A stretch of DNA of 64,000 nucleotides from Chrysomallon squamiferum (taxonomy: Eukaryota > Animalia > Mollusca). The DNA is taken from contig CM022670.1 of the NCBI GenBank assembly GCA_012295275.1, positions 31,310,001 through 31,374,000 of the forward strand. The letters are read 5' to 3'. Position numbers and translations under genes: made by a program. How positions within the stretch are numbered: position 1 is the first letter of the stretch; the number at the start of each line of letters is the position of its first letter. Positions 1-14,100 of this stretch are shown here, piece by piece. The notes beneath the pieces were generated by a model that was given only the letters and a program-made list of their open reading frames with translations, had not been told where the DNA came from and ran no database searches.

Positions 1-1177
1 GTGTGTGTATGTGCGTGTGTGTTGGAGAGACAGATGGAGAGAGAGAGAGTTTGCTTGTTCTAATTAACGAAATTTAATCTCTGGCCATTTAATACATTTT
101 TCATGTTAAACCAAATCACGATATATTACGTTTAAATTCCATAACAAATTCACATGCGAATCATTTTGAAAAGTTCAATTACGTAAGATAAAAAAAATGA
201 CAACCAAATATAAAATGTCAGATTCCAGGTGCATTCTTCTTCGTGTTTTTCTTTTTCTCCTTTAAAAAAAACAACAAAAAACTACAACTTTTATCGTAAT
301 TATATGTTGTATGACAGAGCGTTGAATCTGCAGATCACGAAATGGAAGAAATGTATAATAAAAACTTTTTCTTTCATACAATGTTTTGATTTCTGAATTT
401 TTCTTGGTTAATCAACAGAAAAACGAAAATCTTTTTCTGACTATTTTTTCTTATGCAGTCTGGTCGATTAACTTGATTTTAGTTCTCTAGAGAAAACTAT
501 GTTATTTTTTTATTTGTTTTACATGTGTTCTTCGGAAAATAGGGATGGTAGTAGCTGATGTTTATTTTAAAATTCTCTAGATCTTTTTATTAGATGAACT
601 GATTACTTTTGTGTGTTATTTATAATTTTTATTTCATTATACTTCTTATGGATTAATCTTTAATCAGTTAGAACTGGTGACTGGTAATTTATTTGTTACC
701 GACTTTTGTCGGTGGTGGACTTCTTGTTGTTGTTGTTTTACCGCTTCAATAAATTATGTTTGTACGTTACTTCCACTTTTAACCCTGGAAGATCACTTCA
801 ATAAATCTAAAAAACGTTATCGATCAATAGTTTAATCCAAAGAATAGGTTATCACAATTGATTTACGAATTAGATTCGTGCTAGTACACCGTTTTTCATA
901 TTTCTGTCAATATTGATGAAAAGGAGCAGTTAAGAAATTTATTGCCTTGGGCATGTAACACTCAGCAGAAATAATGACATTTCCGGTTCCAGAACTACGT
1001 GCCGGGTTCATTTCCTCTTGGAAAACAGGCAGACGACTCTGGGATGGGTAAAATTAAATGAACTGAAATCTCTTTATGGGGTGAAAGGGAACAGAACAGA
1101 CTGGAGAAATGTTAGTCATCGTTATGTTTATTACTTCGGAACAAACTGCAGTGTAATTATTTAAAAACAACAACAAC

Positions 1178-1213
<36 letters not shown>

Positions 1214-1318
1214 GTATATTAATATCTGTCACTGTTATGTTTGTTGTCTCAAAACCAGCCGCAGTGTAATGTATTTACATAATGATTATGATTTTGCAAT
1301 TGTATTTTATTTAATTTA

Positions 1319-1352
<34 letters not shown>

Positions 1353-2310
1353 TTATTCGATTCGATATTATTTTTAAATAATATTAATAATAATATTATT
1401 AACATGTCATTAACAACAACAGTAATAAAAAAAATAACAGTTACAATAACATCAAAGCAACAACAATTACAACAACAAAAAACAGCCTTCAAAATAACAA
1501 TAACATATAAATAATGCTACCAAGCCAAAATAATAATAATAAAAAAGAACAGTAACAGCAAGAACTAAAATAATAACATCATCAATAACAATAACAAAAA
1601 ACCCAGAAACATCGTAACAAACGAAGACAAAAAATAAATTAATTAATAAATAAATACATAAATAAAAATAACATAATAATAACAAAAACCTCTATCACCA
1701 CAACAGCATCAGTAGTCTACAACAAAAATGAAGAAAAATCAATATTCAATAACGAATAGTAATTTTTGGCTTCACTTATAATGAATATAGAATATGATTT
1801 AAATATTTTCTGATATTTTATATATAAATATATCTTGTATAAAATCCTCTATCCACAAAAATAATAAAACAAATTATTTATAAACGAAGAATTAAAACGA
1901 ACAACAAAACAAAAACGGCCAAAAAAACGACAAAAAACAAGAACAATAAATGTCAGGACATCTTATTGTCTGTTTAATTTTGTACGAAAACTGAACGAAA
2001 TTATCCGATTTGACTAATAAGAAAAAATATTTCTATGAACAATAAAATATTTTCTAAATTTTTTAAAAGAAAAGTAAAGCTCACGACAGAGAGTGCCTTT
2101 CGTAGACGTGTTTCGCAAAATCTCGCTCTGATTAGCACGTTAAATGGTTTCTATTCCATTCCAAAAACGGTAATTTGAATTATAGACGCAAAGCTGAAAA
2201 TACGTCTGATACGATACTGTATATAAAAACTTTCACGAACCAACATATTACTCATTTACTATTTCAGTATTTTAGTTTTACAATATTAAAATTGATTATA
2301 ACTTTTCTTA

Positions 2311-2348
<38 letters not shown>

Positions 2349-5132
2349 GAAATATCGTTTCACACATTTGCTAAGAGATCGTTAAGGGATAAGGAAAGTA
2401 ATTCTAAGGGATAAGGAAAGTAAATACCAGTCAACGGAAAATTAACCCCTGCAGATTTTAGTGAAAAATCTGAAGTTTCAGTTTGCAAATCTTCGTCCAT
2501 ATATGGAAGCATTCTAAATATCACACAAAAATAAGACAATGTACAGAAGGTATTCATCCGTGAAGTAAGTCTACGGCAGGGTAAGAATGAGTAATCTACT
2601 CTGGTATCTCCGTCATGGAACCATCCGCGAGGCGCACCCCAAAAATAACCTAGGCTATCAGACATGATTCTCTTGTCCTGGACGTGTACGCTGTATGAAT
2701 GCACGACAAGTAACCTGCTGATGCCCATATTTAGCTTAGATTAATTGGGGAGGAACACCGAAAATAAGGGCTCGACAGAAAGCGGGAAAACTACCGCAGG
2801 ACAGGAAGCAGTTCAGGTGATGCCTTTGTGTAACGCGCTAAGAATTATTTAGGAGCCCAAATTTGACTTAATTTGGGCTCCCCTACCTACATATGAACCA
2901 GAAATTAGGTTCACAGCAGAAAGCGGGCTAAGTTTTGAGTGTCATGTGAAGCGATGAAAACTGCATATTAATATTAATGTTTTATTTCATTTTATTTATT
3001 CATTTATTTATTTGTTGTACTTGTTTTGGTGTATTTTTTTGTTGTTGTTGTTGTCGTCGTTGTTGTTGTTGTTGTTTATAAATATAAAATGGCAAAAATA
3101 AAATCCAATCAAGAAGTGAAGAGTGGTGGAGAGGTGAAATGACACGATGATTACTAGATAATTTGAAGAAGAAATAAACAACCACCTATTTTAAGCAAAC
3201 AGACATATGTTTGATTGTAATTTTATTTCTTTTCTTTTTTCTTTTATTATTATTATCATTATTATCATCATCATCATCATTATTATTATTATATATTTAG
3301 TCATAATAAAGAACTACATAGTATATTTTCGCATGATGAACCAGATGTTACATATAACTGACATGATGCAAGATTGTGTTGTTGTTGTTGTTATTGTTGT
3401 TGTTTGTTTGTTGCTATTGTTTTTGCTTGTTTTATTGGGGTTTTTTTTGGGGGGGGGTGGTTGTTTTTTATTTTTTGTTTTGGCAGTAAACAATCTGAAT
3501 AATCAATAGTTGATCAGTAAGTAAATAGCTTGACTCTAAAATAAAATAGTCCGTATTATCACATTTCTGAAACCTACATAGGCATTAACGTAACAGGTAG
3601 TTTCATAAGGATAAACATATTCAGTAAAATAATTTACTTTAGCATTCGTTACCGGTGTATGAATTTATTTAAAATTTGAGTTTTAGAATAATTGTAAAAT
3701 TAAAAGGATGTTTTTCTTTGTTTTTATTTGTTTTTATTTTGTTTTGTTTTTTTTGTTTTTTTATTATTATTATTATTTTTTTAATTTCACCTATATAGAT
3801 ATACGATTTGGAAGTTCATCGGTATTCCACGCTGTGATTTTGCTTGTTCTTTTACTTCTCAGTCTTTAAACAACCCTTTAGATATTGGCTAAATATTTTT
3901 ACAACGTTATCATCGACGAGACGAAGGTCTTATCGATGATAACAAAAAATGTTGCACCATGTCATCGTTGTGATGATGAAATGAAGGAAGATCGAAGAAA
4001 AAGGAGATCTTTTTCCTACGTTTCTAACAGATGTTCGCTCAATTCATCGATAAAATTATTCAAATTTGTATATCTTTTAGCCCTTGTTCTTGTAAATTAT
4101 AATATATAATAAAAGGAAAATGTGTTTCATTTGTGCCGTGAAAAATAATAATAAAAAACCCCACAAATATAAACAAAATAATAATTAAAAATTAGCGTGT
4201 AAATCGCACACCAAAGTAGCACCCAGTGGTCTTTGTCCATGACTAAAACTGCATGAACGTAAATAAAAATAATGGTTCATCCACACATTAAAATAAATTT
4301 CTGATCCACTATAATGGAGGACACCCGATCAAAAGAAGTATGCTATGTATATATTTTTATTATTTTATATTATTTCGTTTCTAAAAAACAATTTAAAAAA
4401 AAAAAACAACAACAACAACATAGTAATAAATGTCTTTGGAATTCGGGGCTTTTGCTGTTAAATATTATTCATTTCGAATCTTCTTATAACCAACAGTTAG
4501 TAAATTTATTTATCACCAGAGAATATGATCATAGATTATCCTTTTGAGCAAGTGATAACACAAACACAATTTTTGTCCTAAACGGCAGGCAGCAGATGTG
4601 GTGAAGCTCTGTAGCGGTGGAATATACGAAGGAAATATGTAGAATAAATTTCGGAATAGTCGCAAATATTTATAATTTTTGTACATTAATATGTTAACAT
4701 GTTTTTTGATGTAGATCATAATACCAACTCTGATGTTGTACAGTTCGAAAGAAATAATATAAAATTATAAACTGCGCATTTATTTACGGCACTCAGCGCG
4801 ACCAATTTTCCAGATACCAAATTGTAAATTAAAAAAGCATACGAATAAAGATTTCATTTTTCAAGCGTAAAATAAATTTGATTGCATGAATATAAATAAA
4901 CAGTATATATATATATATTTCTTATCAATGCTAATCATTCGTAAAAACTACCATAGCTAGACAATTATATTTTATTCTACATTAAAATTAAAATAAATAT
5001 TGTTCCGAGTTTATAATCAATCTACAATTTATATTTTACTGTGTTTTCAAAAACAACACACGTCACTGCAAAGCACGCGTTTTTTAAACAGACAAACGTA
5101 TAATTCAGATAGTTATATAATAAACGTCCTTG

Positions 5133-8100
5133 ATGGCATCATCGATTTCTTGCCAGGATGAACGCAGTTCGTTTTATTTATTTATTTTTAATTCAAAATT
5201 GCAGGGAGTAGCTGTTCAGTGTTAATTCATCTTTTAAAAATTTATCTTTTTCAAGTTTTTGCTATTCTTTTACTAAGTTATAGTTAATATTAATGCGTTT
5301 TAGAAAAACTGCAGGTTTTGTATTGGTATCTTCGCGATCAAGAGCTTCTCTGTCGTTAACATTACGATTATAAATGATATATAATTTAAAAATATACCCA
5401 AAATGCGAATATGAGTTAATTTTTGTTTTGGCACTAATCATCAATTTTGCTTTGTCATGATCTCCGATTTTAGTTTAAATTTAATTTTTTTTTTTTTAAG
5501 AATTGAGTTTTATTTGGATTCATTATTAAAAATAACAAAATCAGTTGAAATAGACCAACAAAATGAAAGAAATTATAGTATTCATTTGTGATTAAGATCT
5601 GTTTCATTTAAATGACTCCCATGAAATGACAGTGTTTGATATAATAATAATAATGAGGTAATTATTCTAGTGGTAAACATCAATGAACACTGTAATGGTT
5701 GTCACAGTTTATCAATTAATTCAGAAGAAGTTGGTGGCATAACAATACATTTTTGGAACACTAATTTACTTGAAGTTAATAAATAGGCATTAAAATTGTA
5801 CATGATAACAATTTTATCTTTAATACATTTTTTTTTTTTTCCCCTGCCAGTCCTGGTTGAACGAGTATTTTTACGAATTGGATCTGCAGAAACTGATGAG
5901 CAGTTAGAAAAAGCTTTAGGGAAGTTTTTAACACCTGTTCTCATAAAACTTAACAGTCAAGAGGAAGGTATCAGAAAAAAGGTAAATATTTGTCATTTTG
6001 TGTGTAATTTATTTCTTATCATTTTTTTTATTTTTGGAAACTGAAAGCATTTTGACAGCACTAGGAATTTTATTGTGTCATGCTTGTTACAGCATTTCCA
6101 CTTAAACTGGTTTAAAAGAATAATTCCATATGGGAAGCATAGTAAAATGTGTTTTTATAAAATTGCTATTGATCATGTGTTAACAAGGAACACAATGAAA
6201 TTGAAATTTATTATCAACCTCAAAATATTTTTGAATATACAAGATATATATATATATAAACATAGCACTATTAAACCAAATTATTTAGGAATTAAATGAA
6301 GTCTAATTGCCTACACATCAGTGACACATTGCAATATTTTTTATGTATCTTTGTTTACTATTATTCTTCATAGTTAAGATATTTCTATTTGTAAATTTTA
6401 GGTAATGGAACTGCTTGTCCATGTGAACAAACGCTTGAAGAGTAGACCTAAGGTGCAGCTGCCAGTTGAAGCACTCATGACACAGTACCAAGATCCACAA
6501 GCAACACCTTTTGTAACAGTAAGAAAAAACATCTGAGAAATTATTCCATTTTGTGTAATGAACTCCACTGAGGTCAAATCTTAGCATATTACAATCAGTT
6601 CCAGAAAAAGCATTATGCCATAAAATATAGAATATAGCACTACATCTTTCCATTTAGAAATAGGTAAGAGTTTTCATGTAAATCTGAATAGATACCAGCT
6701 GAATAATTTATTTCTTGAACCATTTTTTATTGTTGGTTATCTGTTGGATTGAAAATTAACTTCTAGTAGTTATTGCAGAGGTTTTTTAATATATACTCTT
6801 TTACTGATTTGTTATTTCTGTATTTCAGAATTTTACAATACTGTACATTAAAATGGGTTACCCACGACTTCATCCAGACAAACAGGCCGATTTACTTCCC
6901 AGTCTGATCAACTGTCTGGATAATCGTCCTCAGCAACATCAAGACAGGTAATGTTTGAAAATTACAACAAGACACGTAATATATTTAGGTAAATTACAGT
7001 AATCCCCCCCAGAAACAAAATATGCAATACCTTTTAGTGGGTAAACAAAATTATATTACCATATATTATAATTTTGGATCTTTTGTTTTTGTTTATATAA
7101 AGAATTTTTCAAGTAGATATATCAATAAAATGTTCTCTTTTATTTTTAAACTACATAATATTTAATACAAGCATAGAAATCTATTATCAAGTCTTTTAAG
7201 TTTAAAATAAATGTATGATATGTTAGATACATAATATTTTATGGACTTTGATGTTTGTCATCACCTGACAGATTTTCCTGTACACTTTCAGCATTCTTCA
7301 GCTAGTGATTCCTGCTTTCACTCACTTGAAAATGCCGCAGAATGTTGAAGAGAGAAGAGCAAAGTTTGGTTTTGGAGATAAACCAGAAATAGTCAAACTT
7401 CTGCTGGATTACATGTTGGATGTACTTATTCTCACTTACAGGTTGATTTTTTTTCTTTTAATCTTCTCCACATGGGCATGTTTATTTTATGTATTATATA
7501 CCCACAGTGAACAACTAAAACCTTGTACATGCACTTTGGTCATTTTCACTTTTTAAATTAAGCAGAATCAAACATCTGTTAAATTTTCCATCATTTTAAA
7601 ACAGTATATTTGTTAATAATTCTTAAAAGGTTTTTTTACATTAAGTCAAGCTGTAGAATTATTAGTTATTTATTTTATTTTAAATTCATAAAATTATTCC
7701 TTTTTGTATTTTTGTCTTTTTTTTCATCTTTCAAAATAATTTTTTAAAAACAAGGCAGATACAGTTCACAAATTTTTACTATAGAACTTAAGTGAACTAA
7801 ATATACTTTGTAGATCTTAACTCTGCTGTAATTTAACAGCAGAACTATTTTGCTATATTGAAGTGTTATGAGGACTTCTTAATTTTAAATTATTTTTCAA
7901 ATAAAGCTAAACATAAAAATAAATAAAATTTCAGAATATTTATTTTAAATGTTATAATTTTTGTCTTAAATGCAGTTACTCTTAGGCCAAATTATTGGTC
8001 AAATTTCATTATTTAAAAAAGAAAGAAAAAGGAACAGCAAAAACCAGATTGCCTTAATTATTAAGTTTAACATAAATTATTAATTCCTCATGATATTTTG

Positions 8101-11100
8101 TATTTCAGTTCACATGCAGCAGCTGCAGACAGAGCTACTGCATCAGAACAACAAAGATCAGCTTCGGCACCAGCTTCTAGAGCTGCACCCATATCCCCAC
8201 CCCCACCTGGTCTGAGTGAACAGGCTTTTAAGAGACTTATTGGAGAACGTCCATTTACCCCAGAGGCTTTGGAAAAAGCCAAACTGGGCATTCTTAATTT
8301 TCTTGGTGCAGACTTGTTCCCTGAGAATGACATAGTGTGTCATTATGTTATTGCATCTTCTGACACAAGACACAGGTAAACAGGTTTGAAGTAGCTTGGA
8401 AGATTTGTAATTTGAAATAATTAATTAAAATAGATTAATTATCTAAACACAGAATACGTACTGGCAGCCTAGCCGATATAATTGGTCAAAGCTGTTAAAA
8501 GTTCAGATTTTGTCCATTTTCCTCCACTCTCAAATCCCTTCTATCAATTCTACCATAAAAAATATAAAAACTACATAGAACTAAAGATCTCTTTTAAATG
8601 GTGGTGGTGTTCTTATTGTATGTTAAATCAGTTCTTTGTATGAGTTTTAAACGTGGTGGGGTAAACGCACTTCAGGACCCATGGTCAGCAGTGTGGAGTA
8701 AAAAGTCCTAAAATAGGGTCGCTCTACAAATGCCTTGCTTGTTTTTGCCAAAATGGCTTCAATGTTATTTTTAGCACTAGGAGGGTCAAAGTTTAATCTT
8801 CTAACCCTGTGCATGTCGTCGCTGGCAATGGCTTATATCAGACTTTTTCATGCATTCAAACCAATTTTGGAAAAAAAATGGCTGAAAATAAAACCTATGT
8901 TCACAGGATCAAATGAAAGATCATTCAATTATCTATTAAACAATGTGCAACGTGCCTTCTTTGGTGAAAAGAAGCTCTGCATTTTAAAGTAGCACGTCCT
9001 TAGAAATAGCCATTAAGTTACTTTTTCCGGAGACTGAAATTGCCATAGATTTTATGTACAGCTAGAAAGGTCTGGCACTGTTTAAAATGATTATATGTTG
9101 TTTATATTTTTATTAACTTGGCTGTATGTTTTTCATCTATGTTCCTACTTTTAGTGTATACATTATAGCACATGCATAGCGAAATCGCCATAAATTGTTT
9201 CCTACCTAGCCAAATTGCTGTAGATTTTATGTGCAACTAAAAAGAACTGGTACTATTTGAAATGATTATATTTCTCTGTTGATTATATTTTTAATAACTT
9301 GTAGGATGCATGTTTTATTATATGTTATGACTTTTACTGAATATAATATAACATGTTCTGAAATAAACAAATTAACATTGTTTTGCTGATTACTATGTTC
9401 CGTTTAAAACAGTCAATTATTTTGCTTTCAAAATTCTTGCGATAAATAGTGAATTAAGAATCGTAAACATAACAAACTATACTACGTAATAGAACAGTGT
9501 ATTCAGAGGTATTGATGGAATGCTGAATAAAAATCTAATCATTTTTTTAAAATATAAAATCATAAATTGATCATTTTAAAACATTATTTTTGCTTGTTGA
9601 TAAGCTCTATTAGAGAAAATTTCAACAATTGTCAGATGATACATAACTTTATTTTGCTGTCAAATCACAGCAAGTTCAAAGCTAAGAAAATTCTTTTATG
9701 TCTGCTTCAAATGGCAGGCTTATAACACCTGTGTCTTTAATTGCCTCTAGTCTCATCATTACATATATTTGATTGCCCCTAATTAATACCTGCAACACCT
9801 TTCTAGAGTTTACGTATTGCACATTATTATAGTTAATCATCAAATGTTTTGTTGTCCTTTTAAGTAATATTTATATATATATATATACATATATGATATA
9901 TACACATCACAGTATCTTAAGTTATTTAATAAAGTGAAAATTCAGAATACAGGTCGTAGAGAAAGAGAATAAATTGTATGATTCAACTGTTTTAAAAAGA
10001 TGCTTGAAATTATTAAAATGTATTTAGATCTTAAAGCCAGTATAATGCTGGTTTTAAGAGTATGGGGTGAAATCATTTTAATATATATATTTTTTTAATT
10101 CATTTGTGAAAATCCAATAGTTTTATTATGGGTTTATGAAAGTAAAACTCTCTGATATATAATCAGCATATTCACTATTATGTTTTAATTTCAGTGTTGC
10201 AACACAGGCTGATTTGGAGTTGAAAAGAATTACAGGGTAAGTGTTTAGTACAACTAAGATAAAAATGTTTAATAATAGAGATCACTACATTAATTAATAC
10301 AAACATAGTAATAATGATAAATAAATGATTGAAAAATAAAATATTTTCATTATTTATCACTGACTGACCTGTATATAAAAAGACAAATTACTTTATTTAA
10401 TATCAGAGTTTTTGCTCTATCGTGATATCACTTACTGTGATATTTAGTCAAATGATTTCACAAGATAAACATGCCTTTTTATACAGTTTTGTTTTTGAAT
10501 ATTCAGCTGTTTTTATAAATAATGGCCTGTTTGTATATGTAATCTTGACTGGTTTTTAAGTAACAATGATTTCTTTTCTATTTTTAGAAGTATTGATTGG
10601 AACTCATCTGAAATTATTGGCAAGTTGTTCAGAGTGTTTCAAGGAACTGTTGTAATGAAGGGCAAGGTGAATAAAAATAAGATGTTTTGAATGGAAGATT
10701 TAAAATTTAATACAGAAGGTTATACTAGCACACCTCTGAAATTTTTTAATACTATTTTAAATCAATAAAAGTATTCCTGTTGTATGAATATATTTATTGG
10801 AAAGTGTTTTGATATGAAGTGGTCACAGATTTCCTATTAATACAGACCTAATATCCCAAAAACCTTACATTTATCAATAAAATCTTTGAATAAATAAACA
10901 TTACTTTCTTTGTAATACTTTGAGTGTCTTTTAACTTAAATGCCTCTATCTTTTTCCTTTCTTCATTTCTTTAAACTTTATTTTTATAAAACAGTTGATA
11001 TTGCATAAAAACTAAATGTATAAATTATATTTATAGTATTCGATAACTTTAAAAAACATTTGTCGAAAGAAAATTAAAATATTTGTACTGATGTCTTGTT

Positions 11101-14100
11101 ACCATTCCTAGGAAGTGAAACCTGAACAACGAAGATCTCCTGCATGTACACGAATTAGACTGAAGATTTTTCCAATCTTCCTCAAATCAGCTGAAGCAGC
11201 CAATTCATTTCCAGCTAGTATTCAGGTCTGTGCTTGAAATAATATTCAGTTTGAAATTTTCACATTGTATGTTTTAATTGTCAATGTTTGTTCATTTTAT
11301 TTTATTTTTTTATTTTTTATCAGCTGAATTCAATTTTGGACATGATATTATTATTATTATGTTCATATTCATCCTGGAAACATAGTCAGATTGGGAAAAT
11401 AATAGAAAATTCTGTCAGCTCTAAGTTGTATGAATTTTTATTTTGCATCCATTTTTGTTTAAAAATTGTAAATTGCATTTGTAATAATAACCAGTTGAAG
11501 GCTGTTTCTTAAAATATATTTTAATTGTTAATACTTTCTTCTTTTTTTTTTACCTTTTTTTTAAAAATAAGTTGAGCTCATTTTGCATTTCTTCTTCTTA
11601 TTATTATTTTTAATTAATTAATACATTATTTTACTTACAATCATTAAACAAAGTCAGATTGATATAATAGTTTACATGACTGGTAATTTCCATGGATATT
11701 TTCCATTTAGTTTTGTTTATAATTTACTATTTCATTTTCTTGAAGGTTGTTTTTGACTGTCTTTTTGGTGCAAACCCTAACCAGAAACTTAGGAACATGG
11801 CAGTGCAGTTTGTTCATCATATATGTTTCAGGTAAATTTTATTTTTATCCACAGTCTTAAAAAGATAATTTCTAAAGGGTATTGTCTAATTATTTGTGGT
11901 TACAGTTTTTTACTGTCTAGAAAAATTTGTAATTACCACCAAAATCCAAAATATGTATTTAAATATGAACAAAGAAAAAAAAAGTGTTTAAAAATATTAC
12001 TATATATATTTAATAATGGTATTTTAAGTGCAGTACATTTCATATGTTCAATTACAGCTGTGATGCAGACAAGTTCAAAATGTTTGATGCTGTTCTTTTA
12101 TCTGGAATGATGAAGTTAATTAAGGAAGCAAAAGAGGTACTTTGTATTTCAAATACAAATTGTTTTTTTTTTTTTTTAAATTCATTTCTTAACAAACTAT
12201 TTAATTCATACTAATGGCATTAGTGTACACTATGAATTTTTTTTTTTTTAATTATATTTTTTAGTTTTTCTTAATAGGCAGAAAACAGGACTGTTCATCT
12301 TTTTTTTTAAATTATTATTATTATTATTTACATTGCAGTTTGACAGTGATAAATAAATTATTGGTACAGCTGCACATAAACTACAGTAAGATACAACAGT
12401 ATTTAAAATCATTTAGTTTAATTTTGAATCAGTACTTACATAACTATTTTTTTATTACTGTTGCTCATTACAATCTCTGTTAAAAAGTATAAATAGATAA
12501 ATAGATAAAATGCTATACTTAAAATAAAACAGTAACTCGCAACTGGTTTAACAAAGTGTGTTTTCCTTGTAATTTGTATGCTTTCCTTATCAGGCTTGAC
12601 CAGTTTAAGTTTAAAGTTTTTTTGAGGTTTGAACTTTGGTATGGTAAATCTTCACTGAGATGAGTAAATTTGATGGTTACGTGAATTCTTAATTAATTAT
12701 TCATTTTGTTTGTTGACAAACCTTGATTTCAGGTTAAGAAACTGAGGCGTAGATTTGTTTATCAGGCAAGTAACAGTAAAAAAAAAAAATTAAAAAAATG
12801 CTGAAATGCTCGGGAGTGTTGCCTCATTGATCCTGTTTTTCACACAGGACACCCGAGAATATGGCATTAGTTGTTTTACGTGTTGCTTGACCACAGAGAA
12901 ACAAAAACATCAACCCATTGCCTGTTCATATCATGTTCCTTGATTTGTGTATCCCAAACTGATAAGTGTTAGAGACTCATCAAACCAGTACTGCCTTACA
13001 GCATCCAGTTTCCTTAAAGTCCATAATTATGTCTGTAATAGCATATACTTTGTTAGTAATTAAATATTGCATATGACAAGACAGTATTCCAGAGTCATAA
13101 TGAAATTGTTCTCTGATGAAGGTCAGAAACTATTATATACATGTATACAGAACATTGCATAACAATATGGTTATGAAAACTGTCAGCAAAAGGTTTAAGT
13201 GTCATAAGCTATTGTATACACAGAAAATTACATTACCATATCAAGTTCAATAATTAAGTTTTCAACATCAAAAAACCTACATGGGATTATTCATCAATGA
13301 AGTTCAAACTGTAAGCATGATAAATGGTTATACATATAGAACATCACATAATGAAGTTATATTCCATTGTGGTAATGGAATTCTTCACAAGTATAAGCAT
13401 CATAAGTTATAGATCATCTCCATAGACACTGATTGTTTTACATGTTAACCTTAAACATTGTGAGTTCAGTTCTTGGTAACACTGTGTTGTCTTTGGCATG
13501 GTGCTGTATAGAGTTATGCAGACAATACTTTCAACTGAATCATTTGCAGTCATATTGCATGATAATATTTCATAATGTTGTGTCAAACAGCTGGGATGGC
13601 ATACAATTCTAATCAAGCACATTAAATGAATGGTGATATTCTTCCTCAGATGAGTAGTCCAGATATTTTAAGATTGATGTTTGACTTGATTGAAGTATAA
13701 GCCCCTGTTCCATTTCTGTCCTTTAGCCCATTACAAATAATTTTATTTCAGGTATTACTGAACATTATAGTAATGTCCAAGGAAAAATTTATTGTTTAGA
13801 TATCACAAACTCCTCACTAATTTTTTCTGTCTAATAAATAAATGTGATTTGAAATTAAAATAATAAAAATATTTTTTTGTTTGTTTAAGGTCTAACTGAC
13901 TTTAATTTTTACAGAATAATATAAAGTCAAAATATTTTCTCTAGTTTTTTCTATCTATAAAATATGATTTACGAAAATAATAATAAAAAAATTTTCTCAT
14001 TTTGTATAAGGCATAATTAATTTTTATTTTTTATAGAATAATATAAGCCAAACTGTCTAATATTAAATTTAATAGAAACTTTAGTTGTATTGTTTATAAA

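Noticed and set aside
5796-6044. ORF-track starts for ECM29 fragments (this ORF and similar ones, e.g. 16514-16879 and 33785-34144)
   Set aside because: These are exons with intronic run-in and run-out. The true start is the ATG at 5133 in a 34-nt first coding exon.
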